Positions 11,410 through 23,408 of a stretch of 64,000 bases of DNA are shown piece after piece. The notes beneath the pieces are model-generated. The model was not told the DNA's origin, did no database searches, and saw only the letters and a list, made by a program, of their open reading frames with translations. Position numbers and translations under genes: made by a program. Origin of the DNA: Minutocellus sp. GHC0000111 (taxonomy: Eukaryota); NCBI GenBank assembly GCA_977018835.1, contig OZ361260.1, positions 4,092,001 through 4,156,000 on the forward strand. The letters are read 5' to 3'. Every line of letters starts with the position of its first letter. The stretch's first letter is position 1.

Positions 11410-13386
11410 ATGGGTATAAGACGCAGACATCAATTGCTAGCGCTGATTGGCGTCGGTGCTGTTTTCTTCGCCGCCCGAGATGTTTCGGCGTTCACGGTGG
11501 CTCACAAATGCTCGCATCCGAGCAAGACCCCGTTCTCATTCTTAATGACGAACGAGAACAATGCCGAGGAAGCCGAAAGCACATCTGAGAGAACCGATAG
11601 TAATGCATCCACGCAAAGTGACGCAAGCGAAAAGAAGAAAAGGAAGCGCGTCGTCGTCATTGGTGGTGGGTGGGCCGGCTTCTCGGCGGCCGATGCCCTG
11701 GCGACGGCCCCTTCGGATAGTGTGGACATTGTCCTCCTGGATGCATCTCCAAGAGGCGCCGGTGGCTTGGCGGGGAGCTGGAAGACCCAAGGGGGGCGGC
11801 CGGTGGAGGCTGGAGTGCATGGTTTTTGGCGTGAATACAAAAATACCTTTGCCGCAATTGAACGTATCGGACTAGATTTGGACGATGTGCTCGGCCCCTA
11901 CTCACCCAGTGTTTTGGTATCCAAGAGTGGCAAAGTTGCTCTGGCACCGGTTCTTGGTGATGGGCAGTCTACTCTTGCTGAAACGGTCAACAAAGACAAA
12001 CAAATGGCGAATCCCTTCTCTTTGCCACTGGAAAGATTGGCAGAACTGTTGCCACCCCCGCTTGACGTTGCCTTGGTGAGCGAGTTCAATCCATCTTCAC
12101 CCCTCACACTTGTCGATCGAGCAAGTGCGATTGGATTGTTGGGTGCATGGGCTGACTTTGGTCAAGAAGACGAGGCATCGTGGGACATTTACAACAAAGT
12201 ATCGGCCGAGGAGCTGTTTCTAGAGAAAGCTGGAGTTACCAAAGGTCTCTACGATGAGCTGGTGCAACCATTGTTGCATGTGCTGCCCATGTGTCCTGGA
12301 TATGACTGTTCTGCCGCCGCGGCATTATCGTGCTTTCACGTCTTTGCCTTACAATCCAAGGGCGCGTTCGATGTTCGATGGTGCCGAGGAGGGATAACTG
12401 AGAAAATATTTGATCCATGGGCGGAGAAATTTTTAGCACATGGCAACATTGATATCCGTGGAAGTTCTAGAGTTTCCTCAGTAACGCAGACATCGGATGA
12501 TCAATATCGGGTAACGTTGAGCAATGGCCAAGACGAAATCGATTGCGATGGTGTGATTTTTGCGGTGGGAGGAGTTTCCATGGGTAAGATTGTAGCATCA
12601 TCACCGGAGACAAATGAATTGCTCGGGCCGCAGGGATTCGAGAAATCAAGAGGCGTAACATGCGTGGCCGTGCGCTTATTCCTAAAACCTGATACGACAA
12701 CGACAGATTTGCTCGGAGGGAAACACAGCTCCACTCAACTTCCACCTGACATGGCCCGAGCGATGAAGGACACGCCTGTCGTTGTGTGTGGGCCCAAGAT
12801 AGGCGGAATGCCGGAGTTGAAAGAAGCAGGGTTTTGTATTTACGATCTACAACGGATGCAGGATCAATTTGCCATTGGCATTGGCTCGCAAGATGCTGCC
12901 GTTATCGAAGTGGACTTCTTTCGAGCCGATGAGATAGCAGACATAGCAGACGATGATAAGATCGCCGCTCCGACATTGAAAGCGATATCCATAGCCCTGA
13001 ATACAAATGAAATCGACCCTTCGTGCATCATCGATAAAAGTGTTGTGAGAGCAAAAGATGCCGTCTCGCACTTTGCTCCGAACGCGCCTTTACCTGATGT
13101 GAAAATCCGAAATGGGATCAGCATGGCCGGCGACTGGATCGATCGGGCTGGGCATGCAAGCTGGTCCACAGAGAAGAGCGTTGTTACTGGAAGACAAGCC
13201 GCAGCGTCAATAGCGAGGGATCTTGGACTCGTTTGCGAAACAGATATCATCCCTGCAGCGCCAGACACACCACAACTTTCGGCTCTGCGAAGAGTGGCTA
13301 CCAAACTTAGAGCGACAATTCCGCCGTCGGGGTCAGGCATTCCGCCATCTCCGTGGGCATTTGCAAAAGATCTATTTGCAAAATAG
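11410..13386 (+). CDS. Plastid-targeted flavin amine oxidase / carotenoid desaturase-like oxidoreductase
   Basis: Signal peptide ending VSA-F; Rossmann motif RVVVIGGGWAG; GGLAGSW, EAGVHGFW, AGDW and WSTEKSVVTG. Confidence 0.8.
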   Translation: MGIRRRHQLLALIGVGAVFFAARDVSAFTVAHKCSHPSKTPFSFLMTNENNAEEAESTSERTDSNASTQSDASEKKKRKRVVVIGGGWAGFSAADALATAPSDSVDIVLLDASPRGAGGLAGSWKTQGGRPVEAGVHGFWREYKNTFAAIERIGLDLDDVLGPYSPSVLVSKSGKVALAPVLGDGQSTLAETVNKDKQMANPFSLPLERLAELLPPPLDVALVSEFNPSSPLTLVDRASAIGLLGAWADFGQEDEASWDIYNKVSAEELFLEKAGVTKGLYDELVQPLLHVLPMCPGYDCSAAAALSCFHVFALQSKGAFDVRWCRGGITEKIFDPWAEKFLAHGNIDIRGSSRVSSVTQTSDDQYRVTLSNGQDEIDCDGVIFAVGGVSMGKIVASSPETNELLGPQGFEKSRGVTCVAVRLFLKPDTTTTDLLGGKHSSTQLPPDMARAMKDTPVVVCGPKIGGMPELKEAGFCIYDLQRMQDQFAIGIGSQDAAVIEVDFFRADEIADIADDDKIAAPTLKAISIALNTNEIDPSCIIDKSVVRAKDAVSHFAPNAPLPDVKIRNGISMAGDWIDRAGHASWSTEKSVVTGRQAAASIARDLGLVCETDIIPAAPDTPQLSALRRVATKLRATIPPSGSGIPPSPWAFAKDLFAK

Positions 13387-13447
13387 ATAGATCGATGAAA
13401 GGTGTGGGTGCATCGATAGTCTAAGTTTATTCGATGATGAACTTATT

Positions 13448-15697
13448 CTAGCAGAGCAAATCAACTGCGTAGACCTTGCCTGTGTCAACCAAACCTCCTA
13501 CCAAGAGGCCCGGAGCATTGTAAAAGGACGCAACCAAAGCTATGGTACCATAAACATCAATATCGCTGCCAAACCCCGCCTTTTCGCCACCATCGGGGGC
13601 GGCAATCTTCGATGTTTGTTGCCATGAAGACGTGGAGAGATCGAGTGAAAAGGAATACACAGCACCACTATTCTCTCCTTGGTCGTCAACTCCGATAGCT
13701 CCGACCACAATTGTCTCTCGAAATATTGCTACTGATGCGCCAAAGCGATCAGACGTGAGCCCATCATCGGGCATCAACTTTGCGCTCTCAACCCATTGAC
13801 CTGTGCCATCGATCCCGTAGACGTAAACAGAAACAGAGGAGTATCCCATATCGTCATCGCCTATGGCGCCGACCGCAATAGTTCCATGTTGAGTTATGCT
13901 GACGCTTCTCGCAAATGAGTCTCCCTCGGAAGCATCGTGTGGAATAAGTTTCATCCGCTCGAGCCAAGTGCCGTCAAGCTGCCTGCTGAAGACGTAGGCA
14001 GCACCACTATGCCGACGGGGGGCACCAACCACCAAATACTCTTCATCCAAGTCAAGAGAATATCCAAAGTCATCTCGATCTTGAGCATCAGACGGCCGGA
14101 TCTTTGCAACCTTGGTCCACGTCGCATCATTTTGCCTTTCGTAGATATAGATGAAACCAGAACGGTCCCCTTGTTCTTGAAAATCCCCCGACGGCTCGCC
14201 AACAACCAAGAAGCTATCATCGATTGCTAAAGAATTTGCAAATGAGACCTCTGGTATGCTGATCCCATCATCTCCGACCAATGTGACTTCCTGTGTCCAT
14301 CGATTACCGTCAGTCCGAACAAAGACATGGACACACCCGGCGGGAAACATTTGATAGCCTACTTCTACCATACAGTTGCCTCCTACAGCGATGATGTCGC
14401 CATCAATGTCAATCGACTTGCCAAACGAATCACCAAGATATGATTCCAAAGGGAAGAGCTGGGTTATTTGCACCCAATCCTCATCGCCACTGCGCTCGTA
14501 GACGAATGCTGCTCCACGGCAACTATCACATCCCGTTGCCCCCACGACAGCGTTGTTTCTACTTATTGCAATGCTTGATCCAAATTCATCGTCCGGTTCG
14601 TCTAATCGTTGCTTCGGTAGCTCACTAATATTACTTTCGCAAATAGGTTCAGGTTCAGTCGGAGATGGTACTGGTGGACTGGTTTGATTACTTTGAGAGT
14701 GTGGCTTATCAGTGGGGGGAGGAGGTGCCGGGGAAGGAGATGGCTTGGACGAGGTTGACACACCAATGGCAGTACCAACAATAGCAACAGTAAGGACAGC
14801 AAATGCAACGACAATACCAACGAAGACATGCTTTCTCATCCCGCAGACGAGATCTCTGCCGTCACTTGTATTTTTCTTGCCGTTGTGTAGTTGTTGTGGC
14901 GGCGCGTGCTCTTCTTCCTCCAGTGGTTGTAAACCAGTGGCGCCACTAGACGAGGACAGGGGATGGCCACTCTCCAGAGATATCCAGCGCTGCTCTTCTT
15001 CGGTCAGCCCCAACGAGTCCAACGTTGGACCGTCCTCGTCGTCGTCATTACTGGGAGAGTGAGAGGTCGATTGGATGAAAAATGCCCCAACTCGCTCGTC
15101 TCGGGCAGAAGTATCTGTCTTTGACGACATGACTACTATCGCTGGGATGCGTCGAGCACCTATGCGCACGGGGCTGGATCTGGCGGCACTCCCAGCAAAA
15201 TCCAATATCTCTTGGACCTGACTTGGCCGATGGTGGCGATTCTGCTGCTGGTTCTGTTGGCGCTGTTGGTGCTGATCTTGCTGGTGATGCTCCTCGCCTC
15301 TGCAATGATCACCAGGTGGATCAACAGAATCATTTATGGACTCCTCAAGGGCACAACTTCCCTCAGCGATTTTATCACGCAGTCGCTCCTCTGGTGGGCG
15401 GCTGGGCGTGACAGATGCTGTGTGTGTATCCTCCAAAGAATGCTGGGTACAGCTGCTGTTGGGGTTGAGGTCCAACAAGTTGCTCGTCTCGCTTTTTGCG
15501 CCACCACTTATGGATGTCAATCCACCACCATCTCTCGGACTTGTCGTGCGGGTCGAACCGTTCAGGACGGCACATGTGGCCAGATAGTGTGGATCATTGT
15601 TCTCCTCTGTCACCTCGATTGGCTCCGGAGGGCGGGCGTACTCCTCATCAATCTTGGTCTGGATTTTGGCCTGCAGATCTTGAGCTGGCGATGGCAT
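13448..15697 (-). CDS. Type II membrane protein with extracellular FG-GAP repeat beta-propeller
   Basis: Single hydrophobic segment, Pro-rich stalk, and ~7 repeats of FG.S..I.....VVGA......GA.YV. Confidence 0.85.
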   Translation of the reverse strand: MPSPAQDLQAKIQTKIDEEYARPPEPIEVTEENNDPHYLATCAVLNGSTRTTSPRDGGGLTSISGGAKSETSNLLDLNPNSSCTQHSLEDTHTASVTPSRPPEERLRDKIAEGSCALEESINDSVDPPGDHCRGEEHHQQDQHQQRQQNQQQNRHHRPSQVQEILDFAGSAARSSPVRIGARRIPAIVVMSSKTDTSARDERVGAFFIQSTSHSPSNDDDEDGPTLDSLGLTEEEQRWISLESGHPLSSSSGATGLQPLEEEEHAPPQQLHNGKKNTSDGRDLVCGMRKHVFVGIVVAFAVLTVAIVGTAIGVSTSSKPSPSPAPPPPTDKPHSQSNQTSPPVPSPTEPEPICESNISELPKQRLDEPDDEFGSSIAISRNNAVVGATGCDSCRGAAFVYERSGDEDWVQITQLFPLESYLGDSFGKSIDIDGDIIAVGGNCMVEVGYQMFPAGCVHVFVRTDGNRWTQEVTLVGDDGISIPEVSFANSLAIDDSFLVVGEPSGDFQEQGDRSGFIYIYERQNDATWTKVAKIRPSDAQDRDDFGYSLDLDEEYLVVGAPRRHSGAAYVFSRQLDGTWLERMKLIPHDASEGDSFARSVSITQHGTIAVGAIGDDDMGYSSVSVYVYGIDGTGQWVESAKLMPDDGLTSDRFGASVAIFRETIVVGAIGVDDQGENSGAVYSFSLDLSTSSWQQTSKIAAPDGGEKAGFGSDIDVYGTIALVASFYNAPGLLVGGLVDTGKVYAVDLLC

Positions 15698-16354
15698 GAT
15701 GGAATAAATGCCCTAGCTAGTTCAAGCGGGCGTTTGCAATGAAGGATCCATGCACAAATTGTGTGTCGTACAGCAATGTTTGGCGGCTACAATGGATTTG
15801 TCTGCTTATGTTGAGCAAAGATACGATCTTTTCAGAGCGAACTGACGGCTACCGCGCTTGGTAATGCTTTACGCATTGATTAGTAATTTATTCTGAACTG
15901 TGATGGCAGGAATGCTGATAGAATGGCAAGCAACGAAGAAGGCTGTTCGGCTCTTTTTAGTCGCCGATTCTGCTATGCCCGATGCGAAGCATCAGCCACG
16001 GCAAGAGCATCAGTCAGCGAAGATATGCGGCGGCGCGGGGTTTCAGATTGCTATGGCACTGAATGTTTGTTGAGTTTTCAAGAAAGGTCGAAATGATATC
16101 AAGAAGAACCTCATAAAGAGAACTCTCCTCAACACATGCTCTTGTGCCGCAGGAAAATGAGGTACCTGCAGCTGCTGCTGCTGTGCCGCGCCGCGCGCGC
16201 TGCTGCCCCATGCCTTCTGCACTGCTTTCGAACTTCTCTTGCAATCTTTTCTGACGCGCGCGCTTCCAGCCAGAGCCAAGCGAAGCAATAGACCAATATC
16301 TGAGTTCAAGCCCGGTAGCGAAATCACCCTCAAGTAATCACTCCCGCCATCACC

Positions 16355-17435
16355 ATGTCATCTCCAAACAGCATCACGGTCGGCGTGTCCGGCATGACGT
16401 GCGGCTCTTGCGTCAGCACCGTCACCAAGGCCCTCGAGAACCTCGGACTGGACGTCCAGGCCACCGTCAGCCTGGCTTCGGGTACCGCCCACGTCACCGG
16501 CCCTGCGTCGGTGACCTATGATGCCGTCACGGAGGCAATTGAGGCATGCGGATTCACCGCCGGCCCATGTGGCAGCGCTGGCGGTGCCTCCGGCGGAAAA
16601 TGCAGCGCCGGTGGTAAATGTAAGTTGAGACACATCGTTGAGAAAGATACTTTTTCACCGGAACGTTCTTTTGGGGTTCTCATCCGCCCCTCACATTCCC
16701 AAGCTAATCATAATTCAATTCTCCTTGAAATATTTCCCCCCCTGATAACTACTGTCCAACAGGCACCTGCGGCGACAATTGCCAGTGCGGCGATACCTGC
16801 CGCTGTGCCGACTGTCCCGGCACCTGCGGCAAAGCTGCTGACGGTGCCTCTTGTCCCGCCAAGGCCAAGGGAACTTGTACGTGTGGCGAGGTCTGCTCGT
16901 GTGGACCCAATTGTACCTGCACTGGATGCCCCGGTAACAAATCCTTTGAGGACCAGGCTGGCAGATGCAGTGCTGGTGGAAAGTGTAAGTATGCTGCTGG
17001 AGAGGGAGCTTTGCGAATGAATGGTTTTGGTTGGCCAGAGTTATGGATCCTATGCTATGCCAGTTAGTTGGCCGAGACACGTGATCATGCTAACAATCTT
17101 TTGTCGTGGTCCTTCACTTTTAACGTACATTCGGATCTAATGAACTATCTTTTATTCGATCCATCACCACAGGCAACTGCGGAGACAATTGTAAGTGTGG
17201 AGCGACGTGCAATTGCGCCGATTGTCCCGGAACGTGTGGCAGCTCTACCGGTCCCTGCCCCGCCAAGGCCAAGGGAACGTGCACTTGTGGTGCGGCCTGT
17301 AGCTGTGGTGACAATTGCACTTGTGGAGGCTGCCCTGGTCAGCAGGGAGGCTTGTTCAGCAAGAACAATATCCTGGCCCTCGCCGTCGTTGGCGCAGCAG
17401 TTGCGGCCGGTATCTTCCTGAGTAGGCGCAAATAA
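16355..17435 (+). CDS. HMA domain + tandem metallothionein-like modules + C-terminal TM anchor; exons 16355-16619, 16763-16984, 17173-17435 (249 aa)
   Basis: GMTCGSC metal-binding motif. Two phase-1 GTAAGT...CAG introns each rebuild a TGC codon. Four CxCxxxCxCxxxCxCxxC clusters; ends ILALAVVGAAVAAGIFLSRRK*. Confidence 0.85.
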
Positions 17436-17672
17436 GTGAAAGATGGGGCGACGTATACGATGCTACTCTCTGTCTGTAGAGAGTTACCATCGAGTTCTCA
17501 GCATTACCTTCTAGAAGTACCATGCATAAACGTTACTAATGCCAAAGACATTATAAGTTTGTATCTATCGTACTTTAGTATACCATAAATTGAGCAGCGG
17601 TCACTGCTGCTTCTAGAGGAAGATTCAGGGAGCAATCCTATTTTTTTTTCTTTCTTTTTCTTCGATCGAACG

Positions 17673-19741
17673 TTAGCGTCTGCCCTTGAACATTTCTTCA
17701 GCGAGTAAGTTAAGCATACGTATGAATTCCTCACAAGGAAGTGTCCCTTCGATAATTGTACCACTCGGTTTGTCGTAGGAGATGCATGGGGTGGATTCGC
17801 CTTGGCCCAGGCCGGGAAAGGATTTTGAATATTTTAATGGTGTAGGGGCCGTATCATCAAAAATTTGAAGTGTGAAAGGGTCCGGAAACATTTCTTTTTT
17901 CACATTGTATTGATTAACCCAAACTGTGTAGGCTCCATTTGTCCCGGTGGATGGAATATTGATGTTCTCAGTCCATGTGCCAAACTCTGGCACACGATCC
18001 ACGCCAGGACGAAAGTCCACGTCAAGGGATCCACCGGTCTCGGGATCGAACTTGTTGTTGTAGTATATGGTGTTATTTCCCGGTGTCAAGACGAGAAGGT
18101 CAAGGTCGTCTATAAATATCAAAGGAGAGGCAAGGGTGCAATAAATACTATGAGCACATTGGGTGAATGAAGATGGGCAGCCATGCAACGATAATACTCA
18201 CCACCGCCTGTCCATGTCAGTGTGAACCTAGGGTTGCCAGTTGCCGCACAAGTGCCGGAATTGCAAATTGAGCCTGCTGGACAATCGCCATCAAATTCGC
18301 ACTCTGTCCTCTTGGTAGAAGGAAGATAATTGAAGTTGAACACATCGGCTTCCGTTACATTCTCAAAGAGAGTTGCATTCTGTTCTCGGAAGAGTTTGGC
18401 AAGATCTACTGGGCACTCCAGATCGTTCCTGCCTCTACCTCGCTGTTGAGTCCGAAGCGAACGGGGAACGGGCTCTTCGTCTGTGTTGGCATCGGAATTA
18501 TCATTGATTCCAAGAAGTTTCCGATTGTTTTTATCTCTTCTGCGGCATTTACGGCATTGTCCACGGCCGCGGGCTCGTCCGCGGCTGCGCCTGGGTCGAA
18601 TTTTTCTCAACCGACGCTCATCGTCGAGGTCCCCTTGAATGTCATCATTAATGTCAGTACCTCGGATAAGTCCAGGGCGGGAATCATCAACTTCGTTTTC
18701 GTCCTCTTCCTCCCACAGCATACGAGTAGTTGGGAGGGTGCTGGTACCATTGGCTGTGCCGCAAGTTTCGTTCGAGTTGATGAACTCGAGGATGTCGATG
18801 TCGAAATAGATTTCGTCGGTGCATCCAATCACTCCTGCCTCTGCGTCAGCACATTCGGCGTCTTCATTGAGAAATCTCAGAAGCACAGCCTGAAATTCTG
18901 CCTCGACATTTTCATCAAGGGGAATGTTCTCGGCGCAAAAGGTAGCTAAATCAAAATCGAATTCAAAGTCAAAAAGATCATAGAGCTCGTCGCCACAGTT
19001 GGTGCAGGTCTGTTCCCAGTAGCATTTGTCCACGTTGTAAAAAACGTCGCCGGTGACACTCGTTCCTTCTTTCTTGACAAGGATCTCGAAGAGAGCATTG
19101 TTGTCGTAAGGGTCTTCGGTTTGGCCCTTTTTGAACTTGGTGACGGCAATACCTTCTTCTCCATAGTCGACGTACTGCCCTGTATAGGATAGTTCCACCA
19201 TCTTGAGGATGGACGGCTTGCCGAGGTTCTCTCCATCATCGCCATCGGTATCGTCGCAGCTGAGCTCTCCAACATACTGATGCGTTTTCTCATTGTAGAA
19301 GAAGAGATACGGGCGCTCTTGGGAGTAAAACTGCCCTCCGTCGGTGCCGTGATCCTCGCCGATGCAGACATGCGTCACATCGCTGCAAAACTGCCACGAG
19401 ATCTCGTTGGACGGCGTATACAGAGTAACGTTGCTGTCGACGATTCCAAAGGTCCACTGACCGGGGCCGAAGGAACCTAGCTGTTCGTCTCGGCAGATGC
19501 CCTCCCCGTCTCGGAAGCAACGGTACGCGCCTCCGTCGCCGGTCTTCATGCTGGTACCGCCGCACTGGACGCCAACAGAGTTGAGCTGGGGGAGCCAGTA
19601 TTGATCGGTGTTGACGGCATCGGCCTCTGAGAGGTCGCGCTCATCATTACTCATGTCGGGCCGAGAGGCAGTGACGGTGGCAATCTGGGCAACGGCGATA
19701 CCCAGAACGATTGCTCTGAGGCTTGGGGTGGAGAATTTCAT
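17673..19741 (-). CDS. Secreted acidic Cys-rich protein with C-terminal YfaP-like domain; exons 19741-18202 and 18109-17673
   Basis: Signal peptide MKFSTPSLRAIVLGIAVAQIATVTA. GTGAGT...TAG splicing gives GNPRFTLTWTGG-DDLDLLVLTP...GGSLDVD...ENI. Internal polybasic segment. Confidence 0.75.
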
Positions 19742-20178
19742 GACTGGCTGGCCAGCAATGCAAATCGGTGATGTGGCCGTGGAGAGAAAGTAGGAAATGG
19801 GCGTTGAGGATGCGGTCCTCCGTGAAAGATGCACTTTTTCAACCGAAGGCGACTGAAGAGGTGCACAAAAGGCAATAAATGAATTGCAGACAAGGGCCGT
19901 TGAATCTGTTGCTGGCTGTGTGTGCGAATTCTCATTGGATTCATTTGGCGAGCATTTCGCTCTCTGTGCGAACCACATGCCGAAGCGAACCCAAAGGTTC
20001 ACACCATCAGCATGCTGTGCTGTACTCGTACATCCTTTCCCTTATCCTTATCCTTATCTGGTACTCTAATTAATCGACCCGACCAGTGGGACGACTGGGA
20101 TCCGATAACTCCTAGTGCTGTACATGTGCATGTCTACAGGCAGTACCTAAGTACCAGTTGATCAACTAGATCTAGATC

Positions 20179-20331
20179 TACATGTAACCGCCCTCGGGCA
20201 AATTACTTCGTAATTTGCGCCCTCGGGACCTCGGTTACATTAATAACGTCCTTCGTAATATATTTTTGCGAGCTCTTCCGAGCGAAAAATATTAAATACA
20301 TCAGGGTCGTTATTATAAGTAACTACATGTA
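20179..20331. repeat. Small double stem-loop element flanked by TACATGTA direct repeats
   Basis: GCAAATTAC-TTC-GTAATTTGC inside GTAACCG...CGGTTAC, then TAATAACG...ATATTTTT..GCTC-TTCC-GAGC..AAAAATAT...CGTTATTA. Confidence 0.55.
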
Positions 20332-20418
20332 CCGGCACATCTAATAGATCGAAATCTGCTTAGTAGATGCAATATGTGCAGGTCCTTTATCGCATCTATA
20401 GACAAATATTAGATCTAT

Positions 20419-23408
20419 CTACATCAACCGACGAGCATCAGGACAAACCATGTACTCCACGCAAATACTTGGATGCTCGTCAAAGCAATTCTCATTCTTG
20501 TCCCAGCAGCAGGACCACTCCGAGCAAGCCTTGTCGCAAGCCTCCTGCCCACGCGGACTCTTCAGGATGTTGGGAGCGCAAGTCTCGCCAATCGACACTT
20601 CTTTGCTGGTGGATTCTGGGACCTTGCCTTCAACCGGAGAGTAGAGCTCGGGCTCCCAGATGATATCACATGCCACAAACTGAAGGCAGTACTTGATATT
20701 GCTTTGACAGCTAAAGCCAATGCCCATACAACACTGACCGATCGTCCAAATTTGCTGGTGGGGGTGTTATGTGAAGATCCTCGGCAGAGGTGCCATCGGA
20801 TGTGGTGGTTGTGTCACCATAGGCTGTCTCGGTGTAGGTGTAGAGCGTTCCACAATAGGAATACTGCGAGAGTACAAAAGAAAGGAAGAACATGTGAGAA
20901 GAAGTCGAAAAGAAAAGATGTCGAAAACATGCAATTCCTGCGGCCGCCGCCTGGTCGTTAAAATATCGATGTCGCTTACCTTTTCACACAAGCTTTCATG
21001 TTCCGAGTAACAACTATCCTCTCCCGACTTCATGCAGCAGGTGGCGGGCGAGCATAACTTCTCGCAATCTTTGTGCCCAGCTTCAGTTGCCATATTTCTT
21101 ACGGAGCACACTCGATCAAGGTCGGTTGGTGGCTCTGGTAGCCCACCAGGCTGCTGGACAACATTGATGCTATCAGATGACGACCCAGGCCCCCACCACA
21201 TGAAGACCTTGGCGGTTCCCCCTGCCAAGGCAGCCACTACCGCTACTAAAATACCAACGGCAACGCAGAGCGATATTCTTCTTCGCTTTTGCATCTCCAA
21301 CTCATGCTCCTCGGCCTCATCATCCATCCCAATAGTAACAATGTTATCAGGATCGAATTCGCCGATGCCACTTTCATGAAACTTTCGAGCGGATACGCGA
21401 ATGTAGTTTGCAAGAGAACCCCTTCGAGGAGCGCGAGGTGCCCGTGAATTTCTCCGAGAGGTCTGCGAAGTCACGGCATCGTCTGCCTCATTCCCAATCT
21501 TCGCATAACCATTTCCACCTTTGCCACGGACGCTTTTGTCAGCTGATGATGGAGGGACATAGTCGGCATCTCAAGGCCACGGACGCTTTTGTCAGCTGAT
21601 GATGGAGGGACATAGTCGGCATCTCCAGGCTCAGGAGTATCAGAGGAGTCGGTATCGTCATCATCAACGGTCATACTAAAGCCCATCGCTGAGAGTGACC
21701 CAGAGCTCATCCTTCTTGCCATTTTCTTTCCCTTCTTCACGGCCCTCCGCGCACCATCCCTCGCATCTTGGTAGTAGGATGTCTGCACTGCTCCCACATC
21801 AACGTCACCAGGGTTGATATCGCCGACAGCGTTGCATATGGGCAAATCACGAAGAGACGTCGGTTCCGAGGGGGAATACGATCCTTTCGACCGCCGGCGT
21901 CCGGCCCTTCGTCCACTCTGTCGTCTAGCACCCCTCGAGCCGACGTCAATGGTAAACGGGACTGCATTACCCGCACTACCACCGGCAGATGCAATCTCTC
22001 CATGTTCTGCCGCTATGCGTGCATCGGCGTGACTGTCCCTGTTCATCTGTCTTCCGGTGGGATCTTGGTCATCGCTGAGACCATCAACGTCAAGCCGCGC
22101 CAGCGTGGAAAGGTTGATACTCGATGCCTTCCTCTGACCGCGTTGAAGACCGCCTTCTTCGTCGCTATCCCCTCCCAGTGCCGAGAGCACACCGGCACTC
22201 AACGCACCTCCTGACACTCGCCGTGCCATCCTACCGATTTTGCGCCCGAGCGTTGGCTCTTCGGGAGGCTTCCACTGCTTCGGCTTCTCCCAGTTCGCAT
22301 GATGATGCTGCAACATCATGTCTTCTTCGTTCTGCGCTCCCGAGGGGGGCATCGGTGCCATGTCGCCATCCCACGCCCCGGTGGCAGGGCCATCGAAGCC
22401 AATCTTCCCCATGGTGTTGATTCCTCCGCCATATCTTCGTTGCCCACCCTCGTGTTCGCCATCGCTGCTTTCGCTGCTGCTGCTATTCCCATACATGCTA
22501 TCACCAGGACCTGTCAGGCCGGAAACCGCCGACAGTGCACCAAACGAAATCCGTCGAGCGATCCGCCCCACCTTTCTGCCAATGGTTTCCCCCTCCTCAG
22601 CGGGGGTATCATTCAAGGCAAGTGTATGCGTGTGCATCTCCTCCCCCCGTTGGGGTGGAGATGCCATCGCCCCTGCTGCTCCTCCCTCTTGTTCTGCAGA
22701 AGTCATGGCGTAGACGTTGCTGGTCATGTAGGCCTCTCTCTGTCGTTTGTACTCCTCGTCTTCTTCGGCGGCCCTCTGCGCGGCCGGCTTGTGGCTGCTG
22801 TGTCGGTTCCCCCGCTTCTTCCTTCTGGGTCCACGATTCTTATGATTGTTGTTGTTGTTGTTGTTCCCCGCCGGCAGCATCATGTTCTCGTAGACGTTGA
22901 TGGTGCGCGACGATTCGTTCATTTGGCCGTAGTGGGCATCCTCCTGGTTCATTCTTTCGCGCCGCCGTCCAGCCTCAGCGACCGCCGCCGCCCTCGACGC
23001 TGGCCCATCATGCATGTGCGCGTCGTAGAGATTTTGAGAATATTCCAGCCCGATTGCCTCTCGGTGTCTCGCCGTCCCGGCATTTGCATGCTGGTGGAGC
23101 AGCTGACTTACTGGTGGACCTCCCGCCGGTGCTCTCTGCGGCTCAAAATCCAACGGAGCAGCGGCTGGTCCAACATTGCGCTGCTGAAAGGCCAGGGGGG
23201 CCTCTGCTGGTCCGCTCATCCGTCGCTGCTGTGCATACGCGTCATTTGGGGGATCGTTGTTGACAGCAGCAGCGACGGCGCCGCCGTCGCTGGATCGGCG
23301 GGTTTCGGCGCCTCCGTAGACGAGCTCGGCGGCCACGCCAAGAGCAGAATCGGAGCTTTCCCTCTCGAACTTTCGTCGTGGGCCGGATTCTCCCCCGGCG
23401 TATTCCAT
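20419..23408 (-). pseudogene. Type II membrane protein with three extracellular Cys-rich repeats, disrupted by two frameshifting lesions
   Basis: Long disordered N-terminus, TM ISLCVAVGILVAVVAALAG, intron 20979-20864. A 53-bp tandem duplication (21523-21625) and an apparent deletion near 20738 break the frame. Confidence 0.6.

Noticed and set aside
16620..17421. ORF-track extensions 16355-17020 and 17068-17421
   Set aside because: They read through introns in the wrong frame; the spliced Cys-rich frame is coherent.
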